From an uncultured Woeseiaceae bacterium (GTDB taxonomy: Bacteria; Pseudomonadota; Gammaproteobacteria; Steroidobacterales; Woeseiaceae): a stretch of DNA of 64,000 bases. The DNA is taken from assembly GCA_964607425.1 (NCBI GenBank), contig CAZSKQ010000001.1:27784-91783 (forward strand), given 5' to 3'. Below, in pieces: positions 26,483-36,279 of this stretch. Position 1 is the stretch's first letter; each line of letters begins with the position of its first letter. Below the pieces are notes generated by a model that did not search any database, was not told the DNA's origin, and saw nothing but the letters and a program-made list of their open reading frames with translations. The position numbers and the translations under genes are program-made.

Positions 26483-27698
26483 AGTTCAGCTTCCGCCAGG
26501 GCAGGTAAACGACCGCACGGCGGCCGGCCGGATCGTCGTAGCGCCGGGCCTGGACTTCGCGCCCGCGGCAAAAAAGCCGGACATCGCGTTCCCGGGGCAC
26601 CTGGAAACTCAGGCCGTCGAGCGGCAGGTCCCCGACGCTGTCGTCGAGCAGAATGTCCAGTACCTCACCGCTGTCCTGCGTGGTGAAGGACAATGTTTGC
26701 GACAGGCGCGAAAAATCCAGTACGCGCCGCGTTGTCGCGACCAGGATTTCCTCCTGGTGCGTGCGCTCCTTCAGTTTCTCGAGCGCCGCGCGTGTAGCCG
26801 GCGGGAATCCGGTGCGCGAATCGATCCGCTTGCCGAGATGCGTATAGACGATCGCCTTCGCCCGGCGCGCGACGAGCCGGTCCAGGAAAGCATCCGAGAG
26901 CGCCGCGGCGAGGCCCTCCGCGTTGTCACCCGCCGACACGCCGAGAGGATGCGGGTTGCTTCGCAGGAACTCCGTTGCGTGCCGCCCGTCCCGCAGCGTT
27001 ACGTCCCGCAGCAGCCTGTTACGGCCATGCATCACGTACCTGCCGGCGCCAAAGGCGGCGAGCGCGCGCTTGGCGGTCTCCTTGCCGAGTGTCACCAGGC
27101 TGCCCCCAGGCTGCTCCGGCCGCCAGATGCCTCCGGTACTCGGTGGAGCATCCTGCCCGTGCATGCTGCTGACGCGTCCGCGCCAGACGTAGCGCACGCC
27201 GTAGTCAAAAGTCAGATCCGCGTGGTAGGCGGGGCTGCCGGGCAGATCGCCCTCCCCCTGCATGATATCGGCGCCGAAATTGGTTACCGCCACCGCATGA
27301 TCGATCCAGACCCGAAGGCGGCAATCGAATGCGTCCAGGTGTTCGAGCGTTTCCTGCACCTGTTCGCGGCGGCTCGCCGTATCCCCGAAAGAATGGATGC
27401 AGTCGATGTGCCCGGAGCCGATCAGGTTGCGCACCGCTTCGCGCACGGCATCCGTGGTGTTCCAATAGGAAAACTGCGGTGCGTCCATGTAAAAGTAGAT
27501 CGTGTTGCCGACTTCTAGATTGACGCCGGTGCCGAACGATGTACGGCTGTTCGTATTCAGGTAGCGGCTGGTGGCGAGGTAGGTTTCGGCGCCGGGTGTT
27601 TCGTCGAGGTCGCTGCACACGGCGAGCATCGCGCGGTACGGCCAAGGGAGGTCCCGCACCTCGACGGCAGCGGTTCGATGTTTGCCGGCCGCGTCCAC
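26472..27698 (-). CDS. Hypothetical protein (no family recognised)
   Basis: 408 aa ORF, co-oriented with and overlapping the next gene by 11 nt. Coding-like composition. Motifs AVCSDLDETP and HIDCIHSFGD hint at a metal-dependent hydrolase/deacetylase-like fold, but I cannot assign it. Confidence 0.55.
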   Translation of the reverse strand: MDAAGKHRTAAVEVRDLPWPYRAMLAVCSDLDETPGAETYLATSRYLNTNSRTSFGTGVNLEVGNTIYFYMDAPQFSYWNTTDAVREAVRNLIGSGHIDCIHSFGDTASRREQVQETLEHLDAFDCRLRVWIDHAVAVTNFGADIMQGEGDLPGSPAYHADLTFDYGVRYVWRGRVSSMHGQDAPPSTGGIWRPEQPGGSLVTLGKETAKRALAAFGAGRYVMHGRNRLLRDVTLRDGRHATEFLRSNPHPLGVSAGDNAEGLAAALSDAFLDRLVARRAKAIVYTHLGKRIDSRTGFPPATRAALEKLKERTHQEEILVATTRRVLDFSRLSQTLSFTTQDSGEVLDILLDDSVGDLPLDGLSFQVPRERDVRLFCRGREVQARRYDDPAGRRAVVYLPWRKLNYAD

Positions 27699-27704
27699 CG
27701 CGAA

Positions 27705-29207
27705 TCAGGCACGCACGGCCACGAGAACACGGGCCACATCCCGGCGCTGCAGGATGAGGGTCAATACGCCGGTGATCGCGGCGCCGGCACCCAGCGTGAT
27801 GAGCGGCCCGTAAGGTGAGGCGAACCGCAGCGCGGCAAGCGCGCCGCCGATCGCCGTCAGCAGGCGTACCGCCGGCCACAGCACCCTGGGCAGGTAGTCA
27901 GCCCCGAGATTCATATACCGGACACCCTCGATGATTACCGTGAGGCCCAAGCTGAGCGTGCTCGTGGTGGCGATCAGCATGGCGGCCCGAGGCAGCGTCC
28001 AGCCGAAAACGTACAGCGACGTGATGCCGACGCCGAGCACCGCGGCCGCGCGGAAGATTGCCTTCTTCGCGATAATGCCATGCCCGTCCAGCCCGATCAT
28101 GATACGCAGCAGCGCGTGCTGCGAGGTCGACAACAGCGCCCCGGCGGACAGCACGGCGCAAACAAGCCAGTTTGCATAGTCCGGCCCCATCCAGATGCCG
28201 ATTACGAGGTCACCGAGAACGAACATGAACGTGAGCGGCGGGATAGCCATGATCCAGCCGACGCGGGCGCTCTCCAGGGCGAATTCCCGTAGCTCTGTCT
28301 TTTTCTGCTGACTTTGCAGCGAGCCGGCCGTCGGCGTCAGCACGTAACCGAATTTGGAGGTCAGCGTCGTGATGTGGCGTACGAGAGCCATCGGCCGTGC
28401 CATCACGGCCAATGCTGCCGGGCCAAGGTGGGCGACGATGAACACGTTGACGGTCTGGAACGTTATGATCGCCGGCAGCCCGAGCATAATGGTTTTTACG
28501 CCAAACTTGACGACCATTTCCGCATCTTCCCTGTTGGACCAGGCGAAGCGGACGCGTAGCTCAGGGCATACCCGCCGCGCGATCACGTAACGCAGTATTT
28601 CAATGCCTGCCGTCGCGCAGAGATAGACGAGCGCCATCTCGCGCAGCCCGCCTCCCAGGGTCAGTGCGAGAATCATAAGAGCCGAGCTGACCGCGTGTCC
28701 GCCGGCGTTGATGGCGTTGTAATAGTCCCAGCGATGGCAGCCGCTGATAACGCCCCGCCAGGCGTCAAATGCCATCTCGATGGCCAGGGCACCTCCCAGG
28801 CACGCGATGATCCATCGCGCCGTGCCCGCGTAATCGCCGAGGCGGTGTTCGAGGAGGTTCGGGATAAGCCACGCGAGGATGAGGGCCGCCGCCGCAACCA
28901 GCGCCGCGATTCCGAGCTGGACCACGATGACGGTCGAAATCATCCGGTTGAGCGAGTTGACGTCACCGGTCGCGCGGTAGGTTGCCACGAAACGGTTGAC
29001 CGAAGAGCCGATGCCCAGCATCGCCAGGCTGAGGTAACTGACGAACGCCCATCCGAAGTCCCACACACCCAGCGCCGCCTGCCCGATGTACCCATCGATG
29101 AGGCGCGGCATGATGAAGCCGAACGCGACGAACACGAAATGGCTGGCGTAGCTGGCACCGACATTGCGTACCAGCCTGGAGCGCCCGGTCAGGTCTTCGG
29201 CGCTCAA
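27705..29207 (-). CDS. Polysaccharide flippase (Wzx/MOP superfamily)
   Basis: 500 aa, about 12-14 hydrophobic segments. N-terminal RNVGASYASHFVFVAFGFIMPRL, typical of polysaccharide biosynthesis (PST) transporters. Confidence 0.8.
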   Translation of the reverse strand: MSAEDLTGRSRLVRNVGASYASHFVFVAFGFIMPRLIDGYIGQAALGVWDFGWAFVSYLSLAMLGIGSSVNRFVATYRATGDVNSLNRMISTVIVVQLGIAALVAAAALILAWLIPNLLEHRLGDYAGTARWIIACLGGALAIEMAFDAWRGVISGCHRWDYYNAINAGGHAVSSALMILALTLGGGLREMALVYLCATAGIEILRYVIARRVCPELRVRFAWSNREDAEMVVKFGVKTIMLGLPAIITFQTVNVFIVAHLGPAALAVMARPMALVRHITTLTSKFGYVLTPTAGSLQSQQKKTELREFALESARVGWIMAIPPLTFMFVLGDLVIGIWMGPDYANWLVCAVLSAGALLSTSQHALLRIMIGLDGHGIIAKKAIFRAAAVLGVGITSLYVFGWTLPRAAMLIATTSTLSLGLTVIIEGVRYMNLGADYLPRVLWPAVRLLTAIGGALAALRFASPYGPLITLGAGAAITGVLTLILQRRDVARVLVAVRA

Positions 29208-29226
29208 TGCAGGGAGTCCAAGGCGC

Positions 29227-30198
29227 TCATGCGTAGCCGAAGCTCCGGTTCAGCCTGCCGGCCACGCGATCGAACTCGCGCAACTCGGGTGCGGTCAGCG
29301 TTTGCCGCCAGCGATCGTCGAGCCGGATCTCGCTGGTATCGTCGAGCCGCATCCCGTTGCCCACGACGTGGTGCTCGGCCGATTTGAAGTCCCTGAACGC
29401 ATCGCTTTCCTCGAGGCCGAGAAACCGGTAGACCGCGTTCATGGTTCCGGACGGATCCGCGCAAAGATCCTCGTACCGGATCCGGGTTTTATCGTTCTCG
29501 CCAAATTCCTTCAGGACCTCGCACGCTTCTTCATTGCTGCGCCGCCACTCGAGCGCCGCCTCGCCCATGCCGAGACGGCTGTGCCGTTGCGTCCCGCTGC
29601 CCCCGCCGCGCAATGCAGGATTGGTGGCATCCGCGAAGTTGGACGGATCCATGTAGGTGAGCGCCACCGCCCTGCCATCGCGCACGAGGTGAATGACCTT
29701 GATGCGCAGGCGCGTGCTCCGGCGAAGGTATTTGAGGCGAATGGCAATCTTCGACGAGTCTGCCACCATCTTCGCGCCGGCGACGCCGGCAATCGATTCC
29801 ACCAGCGCCTGGTTGCGGGCGCCCCATGCCGGCAGCCAGTGCCGCCAACCGGGCGAGAACCACAGCGCCGCATCCCGGACCCGCTCCAGCACCGGGGAAC
29901 GATGCAGGGGCCGCAACAAACGTGCGGCAAACCCCGGCGCGTCGCGCAGGCTCGTCCGCGCGTCACGCACGTCGTATTCCAGTCCCGCCGACTGCATGGC
30001 GGCGGCTATCTGCTGCCAAAACGGGCAATCGCCGATCAGGCTCCGGCAGGAGCAGCGATAGCCGGAGATTTTTCCGAGCCCTGACGCCTTCAACTCGCCC
30101 GCCGTGCAGATCTCCGGGTGGGCGTTGAGCAGCATGGCCGTAAGCGTCGATCCAGAGTGGCTTGCCGCCAGGATATAGACAAGCACCGGCTCATCCAT
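29227..30198 (-). CDS. Sulfotransferase family protein
   Basis: 323 aa. 5'-PSB-like ILAASHSGSTL and 3'-PB-like VIHLVRDGRAVALT. No TM segments. Confidence 0.7.
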   Translation of the reverse strand: MDEPVLVYILAASHSGSTLTAMLLNAHPEICTAGELKASGLGKISGYRCSCRSLIGDCPFWQQIAAAMQSAGLEYDVRDARTSLRDAPGFAARLLRPLHRSPVLERVRDAALWFSPGWRHWLPAWGARNQALVESIAGVAGAKMVADSSKIAIRLKYLRRSTRLRIKVIHLVRDGRAVALTYMDPSNFADATNPALRGGGSGTQRHSRLGMGEAALEWRRSNEEACEVLKEFGENDKTRIRYEDLCADPSGTMNAVYRFLGLEESDAFRDFKSAEHHVVGNGMRLDDTSEIRLDDRWRQTLTAPELREFDRVAGRLNRSFGYA

Positions 30199-31705
30199 AG
30201 CGGTAACGGTGGAAAGGCATGCGATTGTCCCTGAGTTTCCAGTAGTCCATGGCCATTACCGGCGCGTCCGGACTGCGGGCACCCGTACGGCCTTTGACCT
30301 CTTTTGCCGCTTCACGCAGCGCATATTGCTTTTGCACGTACACGCGCAACGCGAGTCCGATTGCACACCACATGCCGACGGCTCCTTCCCGCGGGTAGAA
30401 CGTCTGGCTGCCCATGGAGGCGACCAGCAGTGCAAGTACGAGCGACAGGGTTACCCCGCCGATCGCCACCGCAAACTTGTCGCTTTCATCCCTGAACAGC
30501 CGCAGAGACATGCGCACAACGAAGAAATAAAACAGGAATACGGGAATGAACCCGATGATCCCGTTGTCGAAAATCCATTGCAGGTACGCGTTGTGCGGAT
30601 GCGGGAACGACTCACCGTATTCGAGGAACAGGAACGTGGAGAGTCCGGTGCGCTTCATGGCTTCCATGCCATAGCCCAGGAGAGGCGCTTCGTAAATTTT
30701 CTCCAGCACGAATGTCCAGGCGAAGGTGCGACCGGCCGTGACGGTGTACATGTGCGGTCCGTCCTCATCGGCGTATTGCAGCGATTCGATGTTGACGTTG
30801 GTATCGATCGAATTTTCGGTAAAGCCCTGCAGCATGCGTTCCTTGACGGCCGGCACGAAAGCGATGATGAGCGCCATTGCAATGGGCGCAAGCACGATGA
30901 CCTTCTTCCATTTGAAGAACCCGAAGAACATGGCTATCGCGACCCAGGTGGCAAAGCCCATGCGGCCGCCGGTAAGCGCCATGCCGAAGAACACGACGCC
31001 GGCAAAGAAGATCGCCATGTTGAACAGGAACCGCGATTCCGGCAACCCGCGAGCGCAGAAAATCGCCCAGCTTGCCCCGGCGAGGAGCATCGACATGTTC
31101 ACGCGGTGATAACCGATCTCGTTCACGAGAATCTTCAGCGCCCGGTCTCCCAGGTCACTGCCGCTCGCCAGCGCCGACAGCGGCATCCACCGGATGACCT
31201 GTATGGCCAGCAGCACGTAGACCGCAAGCACGCAGTAGACGCCCAGCCGAAATCGCTGCTCGGAGCGGCAGCCGTCGAACAGCAGCAGGCCCGGAACGAC
31301 CCACTTCATCGAGTTGATTATGTGCTCGCTGACATATTCCAGCACCGAAGGTTCCGGGGTATTGAATATCCGCGCCTCTTCATACAGCGGGCCCATGTCG
31401 AATACCAACCGGAGAAAGGAAATGCCTATGATCAGGAAGTACACGATGAGCAGGTTCCGGACGTTCTTCGGCATGTCCCATTTGAGACCTTCGCGGCCGC
31501 GGGTCGCCGCCCAGGCGAGCACGATAACCAGCAGGAGGATGTTCCAGGGATTCAGGCCCTGCACTCCCATGACCGACTTCGGGAAATCGGGGTGCTCTAC
31601 TACCGCCATCAGGAGGATCAGGCCGCACAGCGCCTTGTACCAGTCCCGCCAGGAGTAAACCGCCAGGAAGGCTATGAGCATCCAGAGAAGGGTTGTTCGG
31701 ATCAT
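30191..31705 (-). CDS. O-antigen ligase/polymerase-like membrane protein (Wzy_C type; resembles exosortase-A-associated O-glycosylation ligase)
   Basis: 504 aa, about 10-12 TM segments, large periplasmic loop, conserved HPHNAYLQ motif. Confidence 0.75.
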   Translation of the reverse strand: MIRTTLLWMLIAFLAVYSWRDWYKALCGLILLMAVVEHPDFPKSVMGVQGLNPWNILLLVIVLAWAATRGREGLKWDMPKNVRNLLIVYFLIIGISFLRLVFDMGPLYEEARIFNTPEPSVLEYVSEHIINSMKWVVPGLLLFDGCRSEQRFRLGVYCVLAVYVLLAIQVIRWMPLSALASGSDLGDRALKILVNEIGYHRVNMSMLLAGASWAIFCARGLPESRFLFNMAIFFAGVVFFGMALTGGRMGFATWVAIAMFFGFFKWKKVIVLAPIAMALIIAFVPAVKERMLQGFTENSIDTNVNIESLQYADEDGPHMYTVTAGRTFAWTFVLEKIYEAPLLGYGMEAMKRTGLSTFLFLEYGESFPHPHNAYLQWIFDNGIIGFIPVFLFYFFVVRMSLRLFRDESDKFAVAIGGVTLSLVLALLVASMGSQTFYPREGAVGMWCAIGLALRVYVQKQYALREAAKEVKGRTGARSPDAPVMAMDYWKLRDNRMPFHRYRYG

Positions 31706-31727
31706 TGCGACCTGTCCCGGTGCACGA

Positions 31728-32534
31728 TCATGCTTGCGGGGCGCGCTTGAGTTTTTCCGATAGCACCATCCTGAGGAAAATCGAGTTCGTGACGAGGTAG
31801 CGCTTCCACAGCCGTCGCGGTTCCTGCTTGACCCGGTACAGCCACTCGAGTCCCAGCCGCTGCCAGGCGACCGGCGCCCGCGTCACTACACCCGCCACCA
31901 CGTCGAAGGACCCACCCACACCGTGTACGACCGGCACGTCCATGGTATCGGCCCAGCGGGCCATGAAGCGCTCCTTCTTGGGCGACGTCATCGCAACAAA
32001 CAAGACGTCGGCGCGGGCGTCCCTGATCCTCTCCGCAACCGCATGCTCCTCGTGCTCGCTGAAGTATCCGTGCTGGCTTCCGGCGATGACGACGCCCGGG
32101 TAGCATGCCGCGAATATCCCGCAGACCTTGTCCAGTACTTCCTGCGTCGCACCGAGGCAATACACGCGGTAGTGCTCCTCGCGCCCCTGCTCGAGGATGG
32201 CGGTCATCAGGTCGATGCCGGCAACCCGCTCCGGCAGCGGCCGCTTCAGGATCCGGCTCGCCCACACCACCGACATGCCGTCCGCATAAATAACGTCGGA
32301 CTCCGTGACCGCCGCACCCAGCTCCGGGTCGCGCCGCATGTTCACGATCTTGGCTGCATTGACTACGCCAATGTGGAGGTGCCGACGGCGGCGGATCGCG
32401 TCATGCACGCGCGCGAGGGCCTGGCTCATCGTTTCCGCGCAGATATCGACGCCGAAGAGCCGCTGAACTGCCGGCGGTGCCGGCGCGGCGCCCCGGGGCG
32501 GAAGATCCTTCTCGAGCGGAGTGGCAGCGGACAT
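31728..32534 (-). CDS. WecB/TagA/CpsF family glycosyltransferase (GT26)
   Basis: Track ORF trimmed to ATG 32534 (MSAATPLEK), which overlaps the upstream TGA by 1 nt. Motifs VVNAAKIV, YADGMSVVWASR, RVAGIDL, FVAMTSPKKE, GVGGSFD. Confidence 0.85.
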   Translation of the reverse strand: MSAATPLEKDLPPRGAAPAPPAVQRLFGVDICAETMSQALARVHDAIRRRRHLHIGVVNAAKIVNMRRDPELGAAVTESDVIYADGMSVVWASRILKRPLPERVAGIDLMTAILEQGREEHYRVYCLGATQEVLDKVCGIFAACYPGVVIAGSQHGYFSEHEEHAVAERIRDARADVLFVAMTSPKKERFMARWADTMDVPVVHGVGGSFDVVAGVVTRAPVAWQRLGLEWLYRVKQEPRRLWKRYLVTNSIFLRMVLSEKLKRAPQA

Positions 32535-33946
32535 CAGACGGCACCGCTCCCTTTGAGGACGGACGGTATGGTCCAGAAAAGGATCTTGAGGTCGAGCCAG
32601 AAGGAGGAGTTGTCGATGTAATCCAGGTCGAGCTTCAGCCATTGATCGAAATCGAGATTGCTGCGACCGGAAACCTGCCAGATGCATGTCAAACCCGGGC
32701 GCACGCTGAAGCGCTTGCGCTGGATGCCGCGATCGAAGCGCGAGACGTCCCTGACGGACATGGGTCGGGGTCCGACAAGACTCATGTGGCCGCACAGGAC
32801 GTTGATGAGCTGCGGGAGCTCATCGAGGCTGGAGCGGCGGAGAAACCGGCCGATGCGGGTAATCCGCGGATCGTTCCGGATCTTGAAGTTCGGCCCCTGC
32901 ACTTCGTTGAGGTGCTCGACTTCCTCCATGCGCTCTTCAGCATCCGCCGTCATGCTCCGGAACTTGAACATCCTGAAGCGCCGCTTCTGCAGCCCCACTC
33001 GCTCCTGCGTGAAGAACACCGGCCCGGGCGAGTCGAGCTTGATCGCGAGGGCGATCGCGGCAAACAGCGGGGCCATCAAGGGAACAAATGCGAGTACCAC
33101 CAGGATATCGAAGATTCGCTTGGCGATCATCGCGTTCTCCGATCGCGCGATCGGCTCGAAGGTAAGAAGCGGAATGCCCTTCACCAGCGTGTAATAAATC
33201 CTGCCGGCATCGAAATCGTACAGGTCGGCCATGAATCGCAGCTTCACGCCCTCTTCGCGGCATGCATCGACAATTGCCTGCACGTCGCCAACCATCGCCC
33301 GCGGGACCGCGACGATTACCTCATCCACGACGTTCTGCTCGAGGACGCGCGATATTTCGCTCACGTCACCGAGGATCCTGTCGTCTTTCCGCCGCCCGGC
33401 GCAACGCCCTTCGGGATCCAGGAAGCCGACGATCGAAACGCCCCATTCGAGCTCTTCCTGCAGGCGCGCCGCCATCATACGCGCTCGTCGGCCGGAACCC
33501 ACCACGAGGACCCGCACGAAGTTGTGCAGCTTCTCCTTTCGCCGGTCGAAGTACCACCAGATGATGAACGCCCGAGCCGAAACGAGGATCGCCGAGTTGG
33601 CGAGAAAATAGCCGACGGTCACGAAACGGCTGACGAAAGTGAGCTTCAGGACGAAGATCAGGCTCATCAGTATTATGAGCAGAAGCGTCTGCTCGCGCAA
33701 CAGCATCCAGATTTGCTGACCCGGCGAGAGCAGATTCAGCGACGGCTTCTGGTTGGACCACAGCCGCAGTACCGAGAAGATAGCGAGGATGAGCGGCAGG
33801 CAACGCAGGTGGGCGCCATGATCGCTGTCATGCCCCGGAATCAGGGAATTGTGCAACTCCAGGACAATGAGGAACGACAACGTGCTGATAAGGAAATCCA
33901 GCACGAATAACAGCCGAGTAAAGTAATCTGATTTTTCGTGAAACAC
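32534..33946 (-). CDS. Priming polyprenyl-phosphate sugar-phosphate transferase (bacterial sugar transferase family)
   Basis: 470 aa. 4-5 N-terminal TM segments, then AKRIFDILV, VGLQKRRFRMFKFRSM, DELPQLINVLCGHMSLVGPRP. Confidence 0.9.
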   Translation of the reverse strand: MFHEKSDYFTRLLFVLDFLISTLSFLIVLELHNSLIPGHDSDHGAHLRCLPLILAIFSVLRLWSNQKPSLNLLSPGQQIWMLLREQTLLLIILMSLIFVLKLTFVSRFVTVGYFLANSAILVSARAFIIWWYFDRRKEKLHNFVRVLVVGSGRRARMMAARLQEELEWGVSIVGFLDPEGRCAGRRKDDRILGDVSEISRVLEQNVVDEVIVAVPRAMVGDVQAIVDACREEGVKLRFMADLYDFDAGRIYYTLVKGIPLLTFEPIARSENAMIAKRIFDILVVLAFVPLMAPLFAAIALAIKLDSPGPVFFTQERVGLQKRRFRMFKFRSMTADAEERMEEVEHLNEVQGPNFKIRNDPRITRIGRFLRRSSLDELPQLINVLCGHMSLVGPRPMSVRDVSRFDRGIQRKRFSVRPGLTCIWQVSGRSNLDFDQWLKLDLDYIDNSSFWLDLKILFWTIPSVLKGSGAV

Positions 33947-34010
33947 CGGTTGTACCTTTTGCCCGGCAGGCGGCCGGGCGATGCCGTTCTTTACTATCGA
34001 TCAGCCGACA

Positions 34011-35321
34011 TCATCTTGCCCACGCAGGGGTGTACGTGAGCGTCAAATCGCCCCGATTCTCATCGAACTCGTTGAGCGTGTCATTCGAATCGCGGGACGT
34101 GTTCGTGTAGTAGAGTGCCAGCGACATCGATGGCGTCAGCCGCAGCCCAACCCCGGCCGTTACCTGCACCGTATCGTCATCGCGGTTCAAGTTGGCGAAC
34201 TCTCGCCGGTACAGCCGCAGCTCTCCGGTGACAAAGAGGCTGCGTGTCAGGTCACGCTGGCCGTAAAGGTCGACAAACATGTCTTCCCGATCCAGCTCGC
34301 GCTGCAGCTCGTACTCCTGCTCACTTGCACCGACCCTGAAGACGAGCGTCGTCCGGTCGCCGGTAAAGTTATAGCCGACGTCGACGTTGCGCAGAAGGAA
34401 CGGCGAGCCGTTCTCCGTAAAATCGCCGATGGAATCGATGTCGCGCGTAATATCCTGCTGGTACCGGAACACACTGCCCTGGTCGGCGAACTGCCGCCCG
34501 ACGTTCAATGTGAATTGCGAGCGAACCGAAAGCTGCCGAATCCAGGACACGTTGAAACGCACGCCGTCGGCGGTCTCGGACAGGATCTCCTGTTCCGTGT
34601 ATCCCGACTCCACGGAGAAGGTATTACGGCCCGCTTCCGCTTCATAAAGAAGATAGGCGCTCCGGCGTTCGTACTCCGGTGTGATCCCGTTGTCGAATTC
34701 GATTTTTTCGACTTCCAGGTTGAGTGACAGCATGTGATCACGGCGAACCTCGCGGCCGAGCCAGAAACGCGCGCCGCGCCGATCGTTGTCGAACGGCCTC
34801 GTTTCATAATCCATTTGCGAGTATCGAAGTGCTATGCCGGACTCGTTGCGGCCCAGCCGCAGCAGCGAGATATCCGGCCCGGTCGTAAAGAAGTTCAGGT
34901 TCTCCCAGTTCTCCGGCCGCGCCGGCAGGAACGGATCGAACAAGGCGCGACCGTAATTTTCCTGGACGAACCAGGTAAGCCGGTCCTCGATGAGATTGAC
35001 GTTCACCAGCGCATCCACCGCCGCGACGAGCTCGCCGTCGTAGGTATTGTCGAGGTATTCGTAATAATCGAGCGTCCCGCGTACGTCGGCCGCGAGCCTT
35101 CGTGTGTTTTCGGTCAGCGCCAGGAATATACCGGTGTGCGCGATCGTCTCGTCCACGGCGCCTTCCGGTACGCGATTGATGTTATCGCTGTAGCCGACCC
35201 CCAGTGAATAGGCTGCTTCCGTTTCCACCGCCGCGGCCGTTGCACCGAACAGGAGGGTTGCGGGCAACCAGCCGCACAGCAGCAAAGCCTTCCACGCATT
35301 GTTCGGAGTGAGGCGTTTCAT
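34011..35321 (-). CDS. Outer-membrane beta-barrel protein (resembles the uncharacterised PEP-CTERM-locus OM protein family)
   Basis: Start taken at MKRLTPNNAWKALLLCGWLPATLLFGATAAAVE (signal peptide). Alternating beta-strand pattern throughout, YSDNINR motif, C-terminal LTLTYTPAWAR aromatic end. Confidence 0.6.
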   Translation of the reverse strand: MKRLTPNNAWKALLLCGWLPATLLFGATAAAVETEAAYSLGVGYSDNINRVPEGAVDETIAHTGIFLALTENTRRLAADVRGTLDYYEYLDNTYDGELVAAVDALVNVNLIEDRLTWFVQENYGRALFDPFLPARPENWENLNFFTTGPDISLLRLGRNESGIALRYSQMDYETRPFDNDRRGARFWLGREVRRDHMLSLNLEVEKIEFDNGITPEYERRSAYLLYEAEAGRNTFSVESGYTEQEILSETADGVRFNVSWIRQLSVRSQFTLNVGRQFADQGSVFRYQQDITRDIDSIGDFTENGSPFLLRNVDVGYNFTGDRTTLVFRVGASEQEYELQRELDREDMFVDLYGQRDLTRSLFVTGELRLYRREFANLNRDDDTVQVTAGVGLRLTPSMSLALYYTNTSRDSNDTLNEFDENRGDLTLTYTPAWAR

Positions 35322-35369
35322 GATTTCGCTTCTCCCCTGCCGGCCGCCGCTTCGCGCCACCGCTCGGCA

Positions 35370-36260
35370 TCAATACTGAAAATCGCCATAGGGACTGGCA
35401 CTGCCGTAACGCGGCACTATGGCGTCGCTGGTCGATTTGTTCAGCACGAGATTGACCGGCTTCTCCTCTCCCAGCGTGATAACGGCCTCCGCAACGGCCG
35501 CTTTCGGCGTCTTTTCGGCGCCCACGACGAACACGATCTGCCCGGCAATCTCGGCCAGCACCTTCGATTCGCTGGTCTGGATCAGCGGGGGCGAGTCGAA
35601 CAGGACGATGCGATTGGGGTCCGCGGTCCCGAGCTGTTTCATCAGGCGGTCCATACGCGAGCTGGCGAACAGCTCCGTTGCATTCGCCCGCGGCTCTCCG
35701 GCGGGGAGAATGGACAGGCCCGGCAAATCGGTATCGAAGATGACCGAGTTGAGTCCCAGGCCGTCATGCTCCAGCAGGTCGAGCAGTCCCGGTTCGTCCT
35801 TCAGGCCGAACATCTCGCTGGTGTGCGGTTTGGCGACGTCCGCATCCACCAGGAGCACGGTGTGGTCGCGCTCCTGCGCCATGCTGCGGGCGAGGTTGCA
35901 GGCAATGAATGTCTTGCCCTCGCCGGAGATGGCACTTGTCACGACGATCAGGTTGCCGGCCGCCACGGCCCCGGCACGCCTGCCGAAGGCCTGCGCTACC
36001 AAAGGGCGCTTGATATCGCGGATCTGGCGCGCGATCAGTTGGTCATCGCTGACCGGCGCCAGCAAACCGCCGTCCCGCAGCGCCTGCCAGTCGATCTCCA
36101 GCCGGCGCCGGATCGATCGCACATCGGTAGCGCCGCCGTGGGTGGAAGAATGCGGGCCGAGCACGGTATTTGGCGTGGTAGCGGCCAGCGACTCCGCCGA
36201 ACCCAGTTGTTCGTCCCTTGCCGCCTTCGCTTTGCGCAATGCTTCCTGGATGAGGCTCAT
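35370..36260 (-). CDS. Exopolysaccharide BY-kinase type P-loop ATPase (MinD/ParA fold)
   Basis: Trimmed to MSLIQEALRKAK. Walker A SAISGEGKT, Walker A' LLVDADV, Walker B VLFDSPP. Tyr-containing tail YGSASPYGDFQY. Confidence 0.8.
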   Translation of the reverse strand: MSLIQEALRKAKAARDEQLGSAESLAATTPNTVLGPHSSTHGGATDVRSIRRRLEIDWQALRDGGLLAPVSDDQLIARQIRDIKRPLVAQAFGRRAGAVAAGNLIVVTSAISGEGKTFIACNLARSMAQERDHTVLLVDADVAKPHTSEMFGLKDEPGLLDLLEHDGLGLNSVIFDTDLPGLSILPAGEPRANATELFASSRMDRLMKQLGTADPNRIVLFDSPPLIQTSESKVLAEIAGQIVFVVGAEKTPKAAVAEAVITLGEEKPVNLVLNKSTSDAIVPRYGSASPYGDFQY

Positions 36261-36279
36261 GCGATTACCAAAGCTCCTG

